Shown here piece after piece: positions 25,045-36,366 of a stretch of 64,000 nucleotides of DNA. Location: NCBI RefSeq assembly GCF_044647545.1, contig NZ_CP172818.1, one strand, 5' to 3'. Numbering within the stretch: position 1 is the stretch's first letter; every line of letters starts with the position of its first letter. Source of the stretch: Escherichia coli. Lineage in GTDB: Bacteria > Pseudomonadota > Gammaproteobacteria > Enterobacterales > Enterobacteriaceae. Under the pieces are notes generated by a model that saw only the letters and a list, made by a program, of their open reading frames with translations, did no database searches and was not told the DNA's origin. Position numbers and translations under genes: made by a program.

Positions 25045-25851
25045 TTACCCCTGACGCGCCGCTTTCGCCATCATCTTCTTCAGCGCATGAGAAACCGCAA
25101 CAAAACCAAAGGTGGCGGTCACCATCGTCGCGGCACCAAATCCAGATGCACAATCCATCCGCTTTGGCCCTTCCGCCGTAGCTTTCATTGCACAGACCGT
25201 GCCATCTGACTGCGGGTACACCAATGCTTCGGTAGAGAACACGCAATCCACGCCGAGCTTACCTTTACTGTTTTTCACTATGCCAAAATCGCTTTTCAGG
25301 CGCTCACGCAACTTCGCCGCCAGCGGGTCCTGAATCGTTTTCGCCAGATCGGTAACCTGAATCTGCGTCGGGTCAATCTGCCCACCCGCGCCACCGGTTG
25401 TGACCAGTGGGATTTTATTGCGCCGACAATAAGCAATCAGCGCCGCTTTGGGCCGTACACTATCAATGGCATCAATCACGTACGAATAACCCACGCTCAT
25501 ATACTGCGCTACGTTATCCGGCGTCACGAAATCATCCACCACCGTTACACGGCACTCCGGGTTAATCTGGCGAATACGCTCCGCCATAACTTCCGCTTTT
25601 GCCAGCCCAACGTTATCGCGCAGGGCATGAATTTGCCGATTGGTATTGGTGACGCACACATCATCCATATCGATAAGCGTGATTGAGCCAATCCCCGTGC
25701 GCGCCAGCGCTTCCGCCGCCCAGGAACCGACACCACCGATACCAACCACACAAATATGCGCGTCAGCAAACAGTTGCAATGCTTTTTCACCATACAGACG
25801 CGCTGTGCCACCAAAACGCTGACGCCATGCATCACTAATTACCACAGACAT
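25045..25851 (-). CDS. tcdA: tRNA threonylcarbamoyladenosine dehydratase (E1-like)
   Basis: 268-aa ORF with ThiF/MoeB-type nucleotide-binding motif VVGIGGVGSWAAEALAR; recognised as TcdA (CsdL/YgdL). Confidence 0.88.
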   Translation of the reverse strand: MSVVISDAWRQRFGGTARLYGEKALQLFADAHICVVGIGGVGSWAAEALARTGIGSITLIDMDDVCVTNTNRQIHALRDNVGLAKAEVMAERIRQINPECRVTVVDDFVTPDNVAQYMSVGYSYVIDAIDSVRPKAALIAYCRRNKIPLVTTGGAGGQIDPTQIQVTDLAKTIQDPLAAKLRERLKSDFGIVKNSKGKLGVDCVFSTEALVYPQSDGTVCAMKATAEGPKRMDCASGFGAATMVTATFGFVAVSHALKKMMAKAARQG

Positions 25852-25926
25852 AGCACCTCAGAATTAAAAAGGGCGAGGTTTCCCTCACCCTGTCGTATCC
25901 GTCAAAACGGTATACAGAATAACACA

Positions 25927-27024
25927 TCAGCCGCTAAAGACGTTACCTGCGCCCGGGGCGGTTTTCAGCACCCAAACACGTCCATAGTGGTTGTACCAAC
26001 CTGCGCGGTGTCCGGCTTCCGGCCCGATACCTTGATAAATATCGAAGTGTTGGCCTTTGATTGCACCACCGACATCCAACGCCACCATCAGCCGTAGTTC
26101 GTACTGACCGTTAAATTTGCCGTTATTATCCAGCAGCGGCACTTCTGCCAGTAAGGTTGTACCAGGCGGGATAATGGAACGATCGGACGCAACTGAAGCG
26201 CGACCAACCAGCGGCACCGCACTTGCCCCTTTCACCGGAGCAAAAGATTGCGGTTTAAAGAAGACGAAAGACGGGTTCTGTTCCAGCAGCTCGCGAACCT
26301 CGGCTTCACTGTGTGTTTCACCCCAGTGACGAATCGCCTGCATCGACATATCTTCTTTTTTCACTTCGCCACGGTCGATCAGCACCTTACCAATGCTGCG
26401 ATAGGCATGACCGTTTTTCCCTGCATAGCTGAAAAAGTTAAGCGGACTGCCATCACCAAAGTCGATATACCCACTACCCTGCACATCCATAATGAAGTTA
26501 TCCATCAGAGAGTTGCTGTAAGCGAGGATGTATTTATCGCTCAATGCCCCCGCGTAGATCTCCGCACGAGACGGCAGACGACCACGTTTTGGCGGCATAC
26601 GGTAAATCGGATACTGAAACTCGCCCTGGCGGGTATGGCGCGCCTGAATTACTGGCGTGTAATAACCGGTAAACTGCACGTTACCATAGTTGTCGGCACC
26701 TTCCATCTGCCAGGCATCAATGCCGAACTGGCGCATATTGCGGGTATCACCGCCTGCGCGCAGCCACTCTTGCACCGCGTTATAAACATTACTCTGGTTG
26801 CCATACAGACGCGGTGACGAATTACGGATATGGTTAATTTGCTCGGCAAAATCACCGGCGTTAATCGGCGCGCCAACGGCATCTGGCTGGTTCACCAGAG
26901 AGAAAGGCTGGGTAAATTTCCCGTCTTTATATTGCTGTCCGCGATCGGTTGGTTTGGAAGAGCAGGCGGCAAGCATTGCCACAACCGTGCCCATAAGAAG
27001 GTACTTTACCCAACGTCCTTTCAT
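25927..27024 (-). CDS. mltA: Membrane-bound lytic murein transglycosylase A
   Basis: ORF-track ORF extends to 27306 through the tRNA genes; the real 365-aa product starts MKGRWVKYLLMGTVVAMLAACSS (lipoprotein signal) at 27024. Confidence 0.9.
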   Translation of the reverse strand: MKGRWVKYLLMGTVVAMLAACSSKPTDRGQQYKDGKFTQPFSLVNQPDAVGAPINAGDFAEQINHIRNSSPRLYGNQSNVYNAVQEWLRAGGDTRNMRQFGIDAWQMEGADNYGNVQFTGYYTPVIQARHTRQGEFQYPIYRMPPKRGRLPSRAEIYAGALSDKYILAYSNSLMDNFIMDVQGSGYIDFGDGSPLNFFSYAGKNGHAYRSIGKVLIDRGEVKKEDMSMQAIRHWGETHSEAEVRELLEQNPSFVFFKPQSFAPVKGASAVPLVGRASVASDRSIIPPGTTLLAEVPLLDNNGKFNGQYELRLMVALDVGGAIKGQHFDIYQGIGPEAGHRAGWYNHYGRVWVLKTAPGAGNVFSG

Positions 27025-27191
27025 TGTTCTCTTCTTCAGGTTAAAAAATAAGGCGCAACGAAGATAACAAACCGCCGCGTTTAATGAAATGAGCAGCCTC
27101 TCCCTGACGCAAATTTTGCACAAAAACCAGGCTTTAGTGATTTGTTTTTGCTCAAAATCATACCAAATCCGTGATCTGGGTAAAAAAAAGG

Positions 27192-27219
27192 TTGCATGAA
27201 AACGCGAGCGGAGTATAGT
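27192..27219 (+). promoter_or_regulatory. Putative sigma70 promoter of the metZWV tRNA operon
   Basis: TTGCAT - 16 bp - TATAGT about 14 bp upstream of the first tRNA, preceded by an A-tract (UP-element-like). Confidence 0.5.
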
Positions 27220-27232
27220 GCGCATCCACGGA

Positions 27233-27309
<77 letters not shown>

Positions 27310-27342
27310 ATTAAAATTTGATGAAGTAAAGCAGTACGGTGA

Positions 27343-27419
<77 letters not shown>

Positions 27420-27452
27420 ATCAAAATTTAATGAAGTAAAGTAGTACGGTGA

Positions 27453-27529
<77 letters not shown>

Positions 27530-30500
27530 ATTATCTGAATACCCAAGTTTTCACAATCGTTTTTTTTATTTAAATCTTTCCTGAATCACAAAGTTTTTTA
27601 TCTCCCTTCCTCGAATAATCAATTACACTAAATTATCCCTTTCTGTATACTCAATCCCCGATATCCTTGTAATGATATTTTCATTACATCTAAATTCCCA
27701 ACGTTCAACTAAACACATCCACCCCAAAACATTTCTTCTTCAATCACCTAATAAACCCCTCATCCACAACTCCCCCCATTGATGATCAACACATCCATCA
27801 TCACAAATATTTATACTAATAAATCTCCACTCAAAAAAACAAAAAACAATGATGAATCGACTCATAAAATATCTTCAATTATACAAATGAATCCACTTTT
27901 CACAACTAATCTTTTTTCAAAACTAAAACTCAACATCAAAACAATAACCTTCCCATTTTTCCAATATCGTACCAACACAATACGTTTACCTTTAACCCAC
28001 CATCACTCACCCATACCATTTTCATCCATGATACACCGATATTTTCATCCCGAAATAATCCAATGATAAATTCCCAACCATTTGAATTAATCCCAACCAT
28101 TATTACAATAATACTATTCCTCCACGAAATCAATATTTCTATCCCCTCCCGAATCTCGATATTATTTTCACACCAACACAATAACTTCCCCTATAACAAT
28201 CTTCCCAACCCAAATAATCTCTAATCATATTCTATTTAACAATCCCACATTATTCTTAATAATAAATTAAAATTATTCTCTCTACAACCCAAAACACTCT
28301 AAAACACTACCAAACATTTTTATACACACTCACTTCAAAAACCACCCCAAAAATACTTACTGTATTTATATTTTAAATTATGAATTTCTTTAACCATCAC
28401 CCCTGATGATAAACCGAAACACACATAAATTTTTTCAATTCAAATCAACCCACCCATCACCAACAACCAAACAACATCCACACATATCTAAACTAAATTA
28501 TCCCCTCACTTTACGATTTCAACAATAAATCACAACTTACCAACATATATACTAAAAAATCAAATAATTACCCATTTTTTTCAACACATTCCCAATTTCC
28601 CTCTCACACTTTTGAAATAAAATAACAACATCTCTTCCCACATCCAATCCTGTACCCTCCTACCTAACAAAAAACGAATCCTACTCAAAATCCGATTTTC
28701 CAATAAACCGACTTACCAACACCAATAAAAACAACTTTTCCCTACAAATTTATACTTTAATTAAAACGAATCAAAATATCAATAACTCTCTACTTAATTC
28801 TTACATAAAATTTTAATAATATATCTTATTCATTTTTATTCTCCCTGATTAATATTTTTAATTACACTCACAAACCGTAACCCCATATATAATTTTTCTC
28901 ACCCACCATTCAAGAATACCCTCCCCCTCCGTTCCATAACATCCCCCCATAACCATTTCCTTCATGAATTAACACTTAAAATTCATCAAAAGATAACCAA
29001 TACAAACAATCTACCAAAAAAACAACATCACTCCTACATCAATTCAATATTTTATTCAATACTAATTGAATTAACAATATTCTTTAATGATTTACATCCC
29101 AATCTAACAATAAACAATTATATTCATACTATGGATTTACAAAACTATACGATATCTTCTAACTTATGATTAAAATTACTCATTAAATCATAAGATCTTA
29201 TCAAATTAAATTCATATCATTATACTACTACTTTTTCTTTTTTTATTTTAACCGATGTAACTACTCATTAAAAACAAAATCACTATGATTTCATCTAACA
29301 TAACAAATTATCCTTAACCACATTTTATATTCTTCTTCCACCAACTTCCTCGTTATGAGATTACATAATAACACCATCTCTTTTATCTTAAACAAATCCC
29401 ATTATACTACCCCCCTCATTTTTTATAATCAAAACTTCAAATATTCCCTATTTTTTACATCAAAAACATTAAACATTAAAAACAAATATTATCACACGAT
29501 CAATAATCTATTCTTTTCAATAATACATCACATCTATATTATCCATTCATTTTATCTTTTATATTTTATAAACCATTTACTACCATTCAATATTCACATT
29601 CAAACAGTACCTAAAATCTTTCCAAGTTTTCTTAATCCCTACACACTTCTTATCAAATCCATATCTAAATAAAATGTAATACATCTTTTACACCAAATCT
29701 CCCCAAAATCCCATTTACAATATTTCCTTCAAACAGTATTAAAAACATCCATCACATATCCATTATTATCCATATCCACCAACATGACTTTATACCGATA
29801 ATATTTATATTTTATCAATTTAATATAATTCCCCACTCTTTTTATTCTCCTCAATCAACCCATATCGATTTTAAACTAAAGATACCAATTATCCAGATTT
29901 AATATTCTCTTTACCACAATCCTTAACATCTCTCTCTTCACTCTATTTATCAACGTATATCCCTATACTATCCTCATACTTCACTACAATACTCTTCACC
30001 ACTCATCAGTTAAATTTAAAATACAACAACACAAAGTAATAAATAAAAAATACCACTTCGACACACACCTATTCAACTTTCTTCCACCAAACCCAAACTA
30101 ATAAATTGAATCAACCCATAAATCCCATCTTCACCCCATAACAAACACGAATCCATTCATAAATCATAAACAAACACATACTACAAATAAAAAAAATCCA
30201 ACTCCTACCCCCAATAATGATTAACACCCCAAATAACAATCTTTATACTTTTCTTTTACATACATCGATACACCACCCACCACCAACATACTAATCATCA
30301 TTTCTTTCCATTTTCCCCCAAACCACAATACCATTCTCTACACCCATAAAATCATCCATAATACTCTCCCCCAATCACACCTAAACCGACGTAAACAAAA
30401 ATCACCAGATTTTAACCAAAAAACTCACTCCAACTCATAAAAAATAACCGAACAACCGAATATATCATCCAATGACATGAAAATTAAAAACCCAATAAAA

Positions 30501-31641
30501 GAATGATCAACCAAACCATCATCACAATCATTAATAACACAACCTATAAAAACTAATATCTAACTAAATTAACGTCTTTTTAACACCATAATAACCCACA
30601 ACAATTCCTCTAAACCTTATTTAACTGATCCCAAATATTTATCGACATTTACACACCAATAATCTCTTTTAAATAAAATTCTCCCAGACACCCATAAAAC
30701 AATAAAGAAAAACATATTTATCCTCTTTTTTTTAATAACCAAGAATTTACCAAACAAACATAATAACAAACAAACAAACCAAAACAATAAACAATATTTT
30801 TATTATGAAACCAAAATAATTAATCCATATCATCATCTAAACATCCACCTACATCACACATACAACAACAAGAAATAAACCTCATCTAAAAAAAATCCAC
30901 TTTCTTTTATTTCATATAAATTTATATATAAAATTAATACTACGAATAAAATATATTTTCTCTAAATACATATTTAAAACAACAATACTCAATTTATGAA
31001 TTAAAATTCTTTCTCAAAAATCATAATCACAATATTCTTTTTTTTATACATAAAACAAAAAAAATAATCATCATAACTTAAATTAAATAATCTCACTTAT
31101 AAAACCGATAACTTTATTTTTTAATAATAAAAAGCATAACAATGAATTCAATTATTTAAAACAAATAAAATTCATCAAATTAAACTAAATTATAATAACA
31201 CAATATTTACAATTTATCAAAAAAAATTATTATTTTACCAAAAAATAAAACAAAAAACAAAAATTTAATTTTTCAAATACACAAACAACAACAAAACAAC
31301 AAATACATAATAATATAACGGGTGTTTTTTTGTTTCTTGTCTCCCATAAAAGAGCCAGCCATCTCAGACGACATTCCATATTTTTTTTTAACCACCCACC
31401 CAGAAATATAACCTCTCCATTCACACTTACACAATTATTTCATACTTATATCAATACTCCCAAAAAAAACAACACTCAAATAATAATACTCAAACAATAA
31501 CATACAAAATAACAACAAACAAACGAATTTTTAATTAAAAACTTTATTTTCAACGACATTCAAAATCCACATCATCACAAAACATCTAATATTCATAAAT
31601 TTATCTATCAACGAAATATAAATTCATAATAAATAAAAACA
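27530..31641. other. About 4.1-kb non-native, apparently non-coding block with extreme G-depletion on the + strand (A/C/T-rich, AT-rich); origin and function unknown
   Basis: By eye, most 60-nt lines contain 0-3 G. No ORF longer than about 105 codons in any frame, and those present translate to low-complexity peptides. No obvious long direct or inverted repeats, no integrase, no duplication of the tRNA 3' end. Fills the whole gap between metV and the amiC stop, where K-12 has only tens of bp (from memory). Confidence 0.85.
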
Positions 31642-32895
31642 TTATCCCCTTCTCGCCAGCGTCGCCCCATCGGCAAAATACGCTTTAATTCCCGCAAGAA
31701 TAGACTCCGCAACTTCCTGCTGGAAAGTCGCCGTTTTCAGTTTACGCTCTTCCTCAACGTTACTGATAAACGCCGTTTCGACCAGAATGGAGGGAATATC
31801 TGGTGCCTTTAGTACGGCAAACCCAGCCTGTTCAACTTGATTTTTATGCAGCTTGTTGATTTTACCGAGCTTATTCAGCACCGCTTTACCAAACTTAAGG
31901 CTGTCGGCAATGGTCAGCGACTGCACCATATCGAACATAGTGTGGTCGACATAGCGGTCACCGCTTTTGCTTACGCCACCAATCAAGTCCGAGGCGTTCT
32001 GGGTTTGTGCCAGATATTTTGCCGCAGTACTGGTTGCACCTTTGGTTGAGAGCGCAAACACAGAGGAACCGCTCGGCTGACGACTGGTAAAGGCGTCGGC
32101 ATGGATAGAGACAAACAGGTCAGCACGCTGTTTCTGGGCTTTTGCTACGCGCACTTGCAACGGAATGAAGATGTCTTCATTGCGCGTCATGTACACCTTC
32201 ATATTGCCCTCTTTCTCGATCAGAGAGCGCAGACGGCGAGCTATTTGCAATACCACGTCTTTTTCGCGCGTTTTGTATTTCCCCACCGCACCGGAGTCTT
32301 CGCCACCGTGGCCAGGGTCAAGCATAATGACAATCGGACGATCCCGCCCAGCTTTACCCGGTTGTGGACCACTTTGTGCTGGCGGCACCTGCTTTTCGAG
32401 GTCGCCTTTGTTGTAATCCTCCAGCAGCGCCAGCAGCGGGTCCTGCATGTCCTGAGCATTGGCAGGATAGAGATCCATCACCAGACGCTCTTTAAACCCG
32501 GCGACCGGCGCAAGGGCAAACAGCTGCGGTTTTACGTTTTGCTTTAATTCAAAAACCATGCGTACGGTTTGCGGGTCAAATTGCCCGACGCGCGCCGACT
32601 TGATGAACGGGTCGTCTGCACGAATTTGTGCCGCCATCCCCTTGAGTACCGAGTTCAGGTTTACATCTTCGATATCCACCACCACGCGTTCCGGGTTACT
32701 CAACGCGAACTGCTTATATTTCAGCTGACGATTTGATTCTACCGTCACGCGGGTGTAGCTGGACGCAGGCCAGACGCGCACCGCCACGACCTGGCTGACC
32801 GCAGCCAGACTGACCTGACTTACGCTCAATAGCCACATGGCACCCGCGCCTTGCAGTAAACGACGACGGCTGATTGCAGTGTTGGATCCTGACAT
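31642..32895 (-). CDS. amiC: N-acetylmuramoyl-L-alanine amidase AmiC
   Basis: ORF-track ORF 31642-32985; the 417-aa product starts [23 protein letters not shown] (Tat twin-arginine signal) at 32895. Confidence 0.9.
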
Positions 32896-33126
32896 GCCTC
32901 TCCCGAGCAAAAGAAATCTAAGCTGTGTAACAAGTAAACGACTAATTTGACCGAAAACTTTAGCGAAAGACGCATAATCTGTCATCTATAAAACGGTAAA
33001 CATTCTTTTTATATTCACGGTATTACTGATAAAAAACTCGCTCCCGCATAAAATTTACACTTGCACCCTGCGAAAAAACAGAATAAAAATACAATAATTT
33101 CGAATAATCATGCAAAGAGGTGTGCC

Positions 33127-34458
33127 GTGGTAAAGGAACGTAAAACCGAGCTGGTCGAGGGATTCCGCCATTCGGTTCCCTATATCAATACCCACCGGGG
33201 AAAAACGTTTGTCATCATGCTCGGCGGTGAAGCCATTGAGCATGAGAATTTCTCCAGTATCGTTAATGATATCGGGTTGTTGCACAGCCTCGGCATCCGT
33301 CTGGTGGTGGTCTATGGCGCACGTCCGCAGATCGACGCAAATCTGGCTGCACATCACCACGAACCGCTGTATCACAAGAATATACGTGTGACCGACGCCC
33401 AAACGCTGGAACTGGTGAAGCAGGCTGCGGGAACATTGCAACTGGATATTACTGCTCGCCTGTCGATGAGTCTCAATAACACACCGCTGCAGGGCGCGCA
33501 TATCAACGTCGTCAGTGGTAATTTTATTATTGCCCAGCCGCTGGGCGTCGATGACGGCGTGGATTACTGTCATAGCGGGCGTATCCGGCGGATTGATGAA
33601 GACGCGATCCATCGTCAACTGGACAGCGGTGCAATAGTGCTAATGGGGCCGGTCGCTGTTTCGGTCACTGGCGAGAGCTTTAATCTGACCTCGGAAGAGA
33701 TTGCCACTCAACTGGCCATCAAACTGAAAGCTGAAAAAATGATTGGTTTTTGCTCTTCCCAGGGCGTCACTAATGACGACGGTGATATTGTCTCCGAACT
33801 TTTCCCTAACGAAGCGCAAGCACGGGTAGAAGCCCAGGAAGAGAAAGGCGATTACAACTCCGGTACGGTGCGCTTTTTGCGTGGCGCAGTGAAAGCCTGC
33901 CGCAGCGGCGTGCGTCGCTGTCATTTAATCAGTTATCAGGAAGATGGCGCGCTGTTGCAAGAGTTGTTCTCACGCGACGGTATCGGTACGCAGATTGTGA
34001 TGGAAAGCGCCGAGCAGATTCGTCGCGCAACAATCAACGATATTGGCGGTATTCTGGAGTTGATTCGCCCGCTGGAGCAACAAGGTATTCTGGTACGCCG
34101 TTCTCGCGAGCAGCTGGAGATGGAAATCGACAAATTCACCATTATTCAGCGCGATAACACGACTATTGCCTGCGCCGCGCTCTATCCGTTCCCGGAAGAG
34201 AAGATTGGGGAAATGGCCTGTGTGGCAGTTCACCCGGATTACCGCAGTTCATCACGGGGCGAGGTTCTGCTGGAACGCATTGCCGCTCAGGCGAAGCAGA
34301 GCGGCTTAAGCAAATTGTTTGTGCTGACCACGCGCAGTATTCACTGGTTCCAGGAACGTGGATTTACCCCAGTGGATATTGATTTACTGCCCGAGAGCAA
34401 AAAGCAGTTGTACAACTACCAGCGTAAATCCAAAGTGTTGATGGCGGATTTGGGGTAA
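33127..34458 (+). CDS. argA: N-acetylglutamate synthase
   Basis: ORF-track ORF 33061-34458; the 443-aa form uses GTG at 33127 ([25 protein letters not shown]); N-terminal amino-acid kinase domain and C-terminal GNAT domain. Confidence 0.9.
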   Translation: MVKERKTELVEGFRHSVPYINTHRGKTFVIMLGGEAIEHENFSSIVNDIGLLHSLGIRLVVVYGARPQIDANLAAHHHEPLYHKNIRVTDAQTLELVKQAAGTLQLDITARLSMSLNNTPLQGAHINVVSGNFIIAQPLGVDDGVDYCHSGRIRRIDEDAIHRQLDSGAIVLMGPVAVSVTGESFNLTSEEIATQLAIKLKAEKMIGFCSSQGVTNDDGDIVSELFPNEAQARVEAQEEKGDYNSGTVRFLRGAVKACRSGVRRCHLISYQEDGALLQELFSRDGIGTQIVMESAEQIRRATINDIGGILELIRPLEQQGILVRRSREQLEMEIDKFTIIQRDNTTIACAALYPFPEEKIGEMACVAVHPDYRSSSRGEVLLERIAAQAKQSGLSKLFVLTTRSIHWFQERGFTPVDIDLLPESKKQLYNYQRKSKVLMADLG

Positions 34459-34470
34459 GCGATGGAAATC

Positions 34471-34530
34471 GCCGGATGCGACATGCATAACATTCACAGG
34501 CATGATAAGACCCACATGCGTCGCATCCGG
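34471..34530. repeat. REP-like extragenic palindrome
   Basis: gccggatgcgac ... gtcgcatccggc inverted repeat in the convergent argA/recD intergenic region. Confidence 0.55.
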
Positions 34531-34539
34531 CAATTACGT

Positions 34540-36366
34540 TTATTCCCGCGAACTAAACAACGCCGCCAGACCACTGCGCCGCTCGGTGCGCGTGGCAATT
34601 GCCGCACTTAAAATGCGCTCATCGGCATACAGCGACAGACGGCGACGCGCGCGGGTCACTGCGGTGTAAACCAGCTCTCGCGTTACTACCGGCGTGCGTT
34701 GACTCGGTAAAATCAACGCCGCATGGTCGAACTCCGATCCCTGCGATTTATGTACCGTCATCGCCCACGTCGTTTCGTGCTCTGGCAGGCGACTCGGTTG
34801 CACAGACTTAATATTGCCGTCCGGCATCGCAAACCAGACGCGCGTCCCCTGCCCACGATCCAGCGCAATACCGATATCGCCATTAAACAACCCAAGCGCG
34901 CTGTCATTACGGGCAATCATCACCGGTCGGCCTTCGTACCAACGAGAGTGCGGATGACGATGAATTTTGCGCTTCTGTTGCATAAACTGCTCAATTCGCT
35001 CATTCAGTCCAGCCACGCCAAACGGCCCTTCCCGCAGGGCGCACAAAAGCTGGTACTCATTGAACGCCTGAATGATTAAATCCGGCTCGGCACGCGCTTG
35101 CAGCAGATCCAGATAACGTCCGTAACCCGCAAGAGCTTCCTCAAGCATCGCAATATAATCTTCGCCGCTCTGTAAAAGCCGTTTTTCGATATCAGAAAAA
35201 TCCTGCTGAAAAACGGTTTTCACTGCCGTTTTATCACCACGGTTGATCGCCGCAGCTAACTGACCAATGCCAGAATCGCTGCCGAAACGATAGCTTTTTT
35301 GCAACAGGCAGAGACTGTCGCGCAAAGATGCCGCTTCTGTGCCAGTTCCTGCCGGAACGTGAGTTCCCGTCAGGCGGCTTAGCTGCCCGGCACGCTCGGC
35401 GGTAAAGCCGGCATTGGCATAAGCACAAATATCGCCCAGCACAGCCCCAGCCTCAACCGAGGCCAGTTGATCACGATCGCCGAGAAAGATCACTCGCGCA
35501 TGATCGGGCAAGGCGTCTATCAGTCTCGACATCATCGGCAGATCGATCATTGACGCTTCATCTACCACCAGCACATCAAGATGCAGCGGGTTACCGGCAT
35601 GATGGCGTAAACGCTGGCTACCTGGCTGCGCGCCCAGCAATCGGTGCAAAGTACTGGCATCTTCCGGAATGCGTTTCTTTTGTTCATCGGTCAGCGGTAA
35701 CTGGCGCAAAGCCTTGCCGAGAGATTCGGTTAAGCGCGCGGCAGCTTTACCCGTTGGTGCAGCCAGACGGATACGGCAGCGTTCGCCGTCGGCCATTTGA
35801 ATTAACGCTGCCAGCAACTTCGCTACGGTGGTCGTTTTACCGGTGCCAGGGCCGCCGGAAATCACTGAGATCCGCCGCGTCAGCGCCACTGCCGCCGCAA
35901 CTTTTTGCCAGTTAATTTCATCGCTTACTGGAAAAAGTTTGTCCAGGGTTTGCGCCAGTAGTGCTTCATCAACCTCAATGGCATGATTCACTTCGTTGAA
36001 AAAGCGTGCCACTGTGCGCTCGTTACACCACATGCGATTCAAATAAAGACGATCGCCACAGAGGATCATCGGCGTTGGTTCATCTCCCCGGCTGACCGCT
36101 TGTGAAGCCAGCAAGCATTCTTCCCAATTTTGTAGCTCACCGATTTCACTGACACAGGTCGCCAACAGCGGATGCGATGCCTCGTTATTTTCCAGTCGTG
36201 AAAGCGGCAAACAAACGTGTCCCTCTCCGGCATCATGACTTAACAGTGCCGCCGCGAGGGTGACGGCAGGATGTTCATCTCCCGCCACGGTCAGGGCAAA
36301 CTGCACGTCCAGCGGGCGTAGCTGTTTGTGCTCCACAGCTTCCAGTAATTGCTTTTGCAATTTCAT
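34540..36366 (-). CDS. recD: Exodeoxyribonuclease V alpha subunit
   Basis: 608-aa ORF with Walker A motif [10 protein letters not shown]; the start codon overlaps the recB stop (TAATG). Confidence 0.92.
   Translation of the reverse strand: MKLQKQLLEAVEHKQLRPLDVQFALTVAGDEHPAVTLAAALLSHDAGEGHVCLPLSRLENNEASHPLLATCVSEIGELQNWEECLLASQAVSRGDEPTPMILCGDRLYLNRMWCNERTVARFFNEVNHAIEVDEALLAQTLDKLFPVSDEINWQKVAAAVALTRRISVISGGPGTGKTTTVAKLLAALIQMADGERCRIRLAAPTGKAAARLTESLGKALRQLPLTDEQKKRIPEDASTLHRLLGAQPGSQRLRHHAGNPLHLDVLVVDEASMIDLPMMSRLIDALPDHARVIFLGDRDQLASVEAGAVLGDICAYANAGFTAERAGQLSRLTGTHVPAGTGTEAASLRDSLCLLQKSYRFGSDSGIGQLAAAINRGDKTAVKTVFQQDFSDIEKRLLQSGEDYIAMLEEALAGYGRYLDLLQARAEPDLIIQAFNEYQLLCALREGPFGVAGLNERIEQFMQQKRKIHRHPHSRWYEGRPVMIARNDSALGLFNGDIGIALDRGQGTRVWFAMPDGNIKSVQPSRLPEHETTWAMTVHKSQGSEFDHAALILPSQRTPVVTRELVYTAVTRARRRLSLYADERILSAAIATRTERRSGLAALFSSRE

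Noticed and set aside
27779-29672. Short ORFs inside the G-depleted block (95 aa, 81 aa, 105 aa)
   Set aside because: Low-complexity translations (Ile/Asn/Thr/Lys/Phe-rich), no start-codon context and no domain resemblance; this is what stop-codon spacing in A/T/C-only sequence would produce by chance.
27530-31641. Hypothesis that the block is bisulfite-converted or Dcm-protected E. coli DNA
   Set aside because: The few retained G residues are not in CCWGG contexts, and the block has no counterpart at this locus; bisulfite-like conversion does not explain extra DNA.
27530-31641. Hypothesis that the block is organellar (mitochondrial) DNA
   Set aside because: Organelle genomes with strong strand skew are densely coding; here no frame gives long ORFs even though TGA and TAG are rare.
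27530-31641. CRISPR array, tandem repeat array or IS element in the block
   Set aside because: No periodic direct repeats, no terminal inverted repeats and no transposase ORF were seen; recurring short words are explained by the low-complexity composition.
31642-32985. 447-aa extended amiC ORF
   Set aside because: The Tat signal ([11 protein letters not shown]) begins immediately after the internal Met at 32895; the 30 upstream codons are a chance extension.
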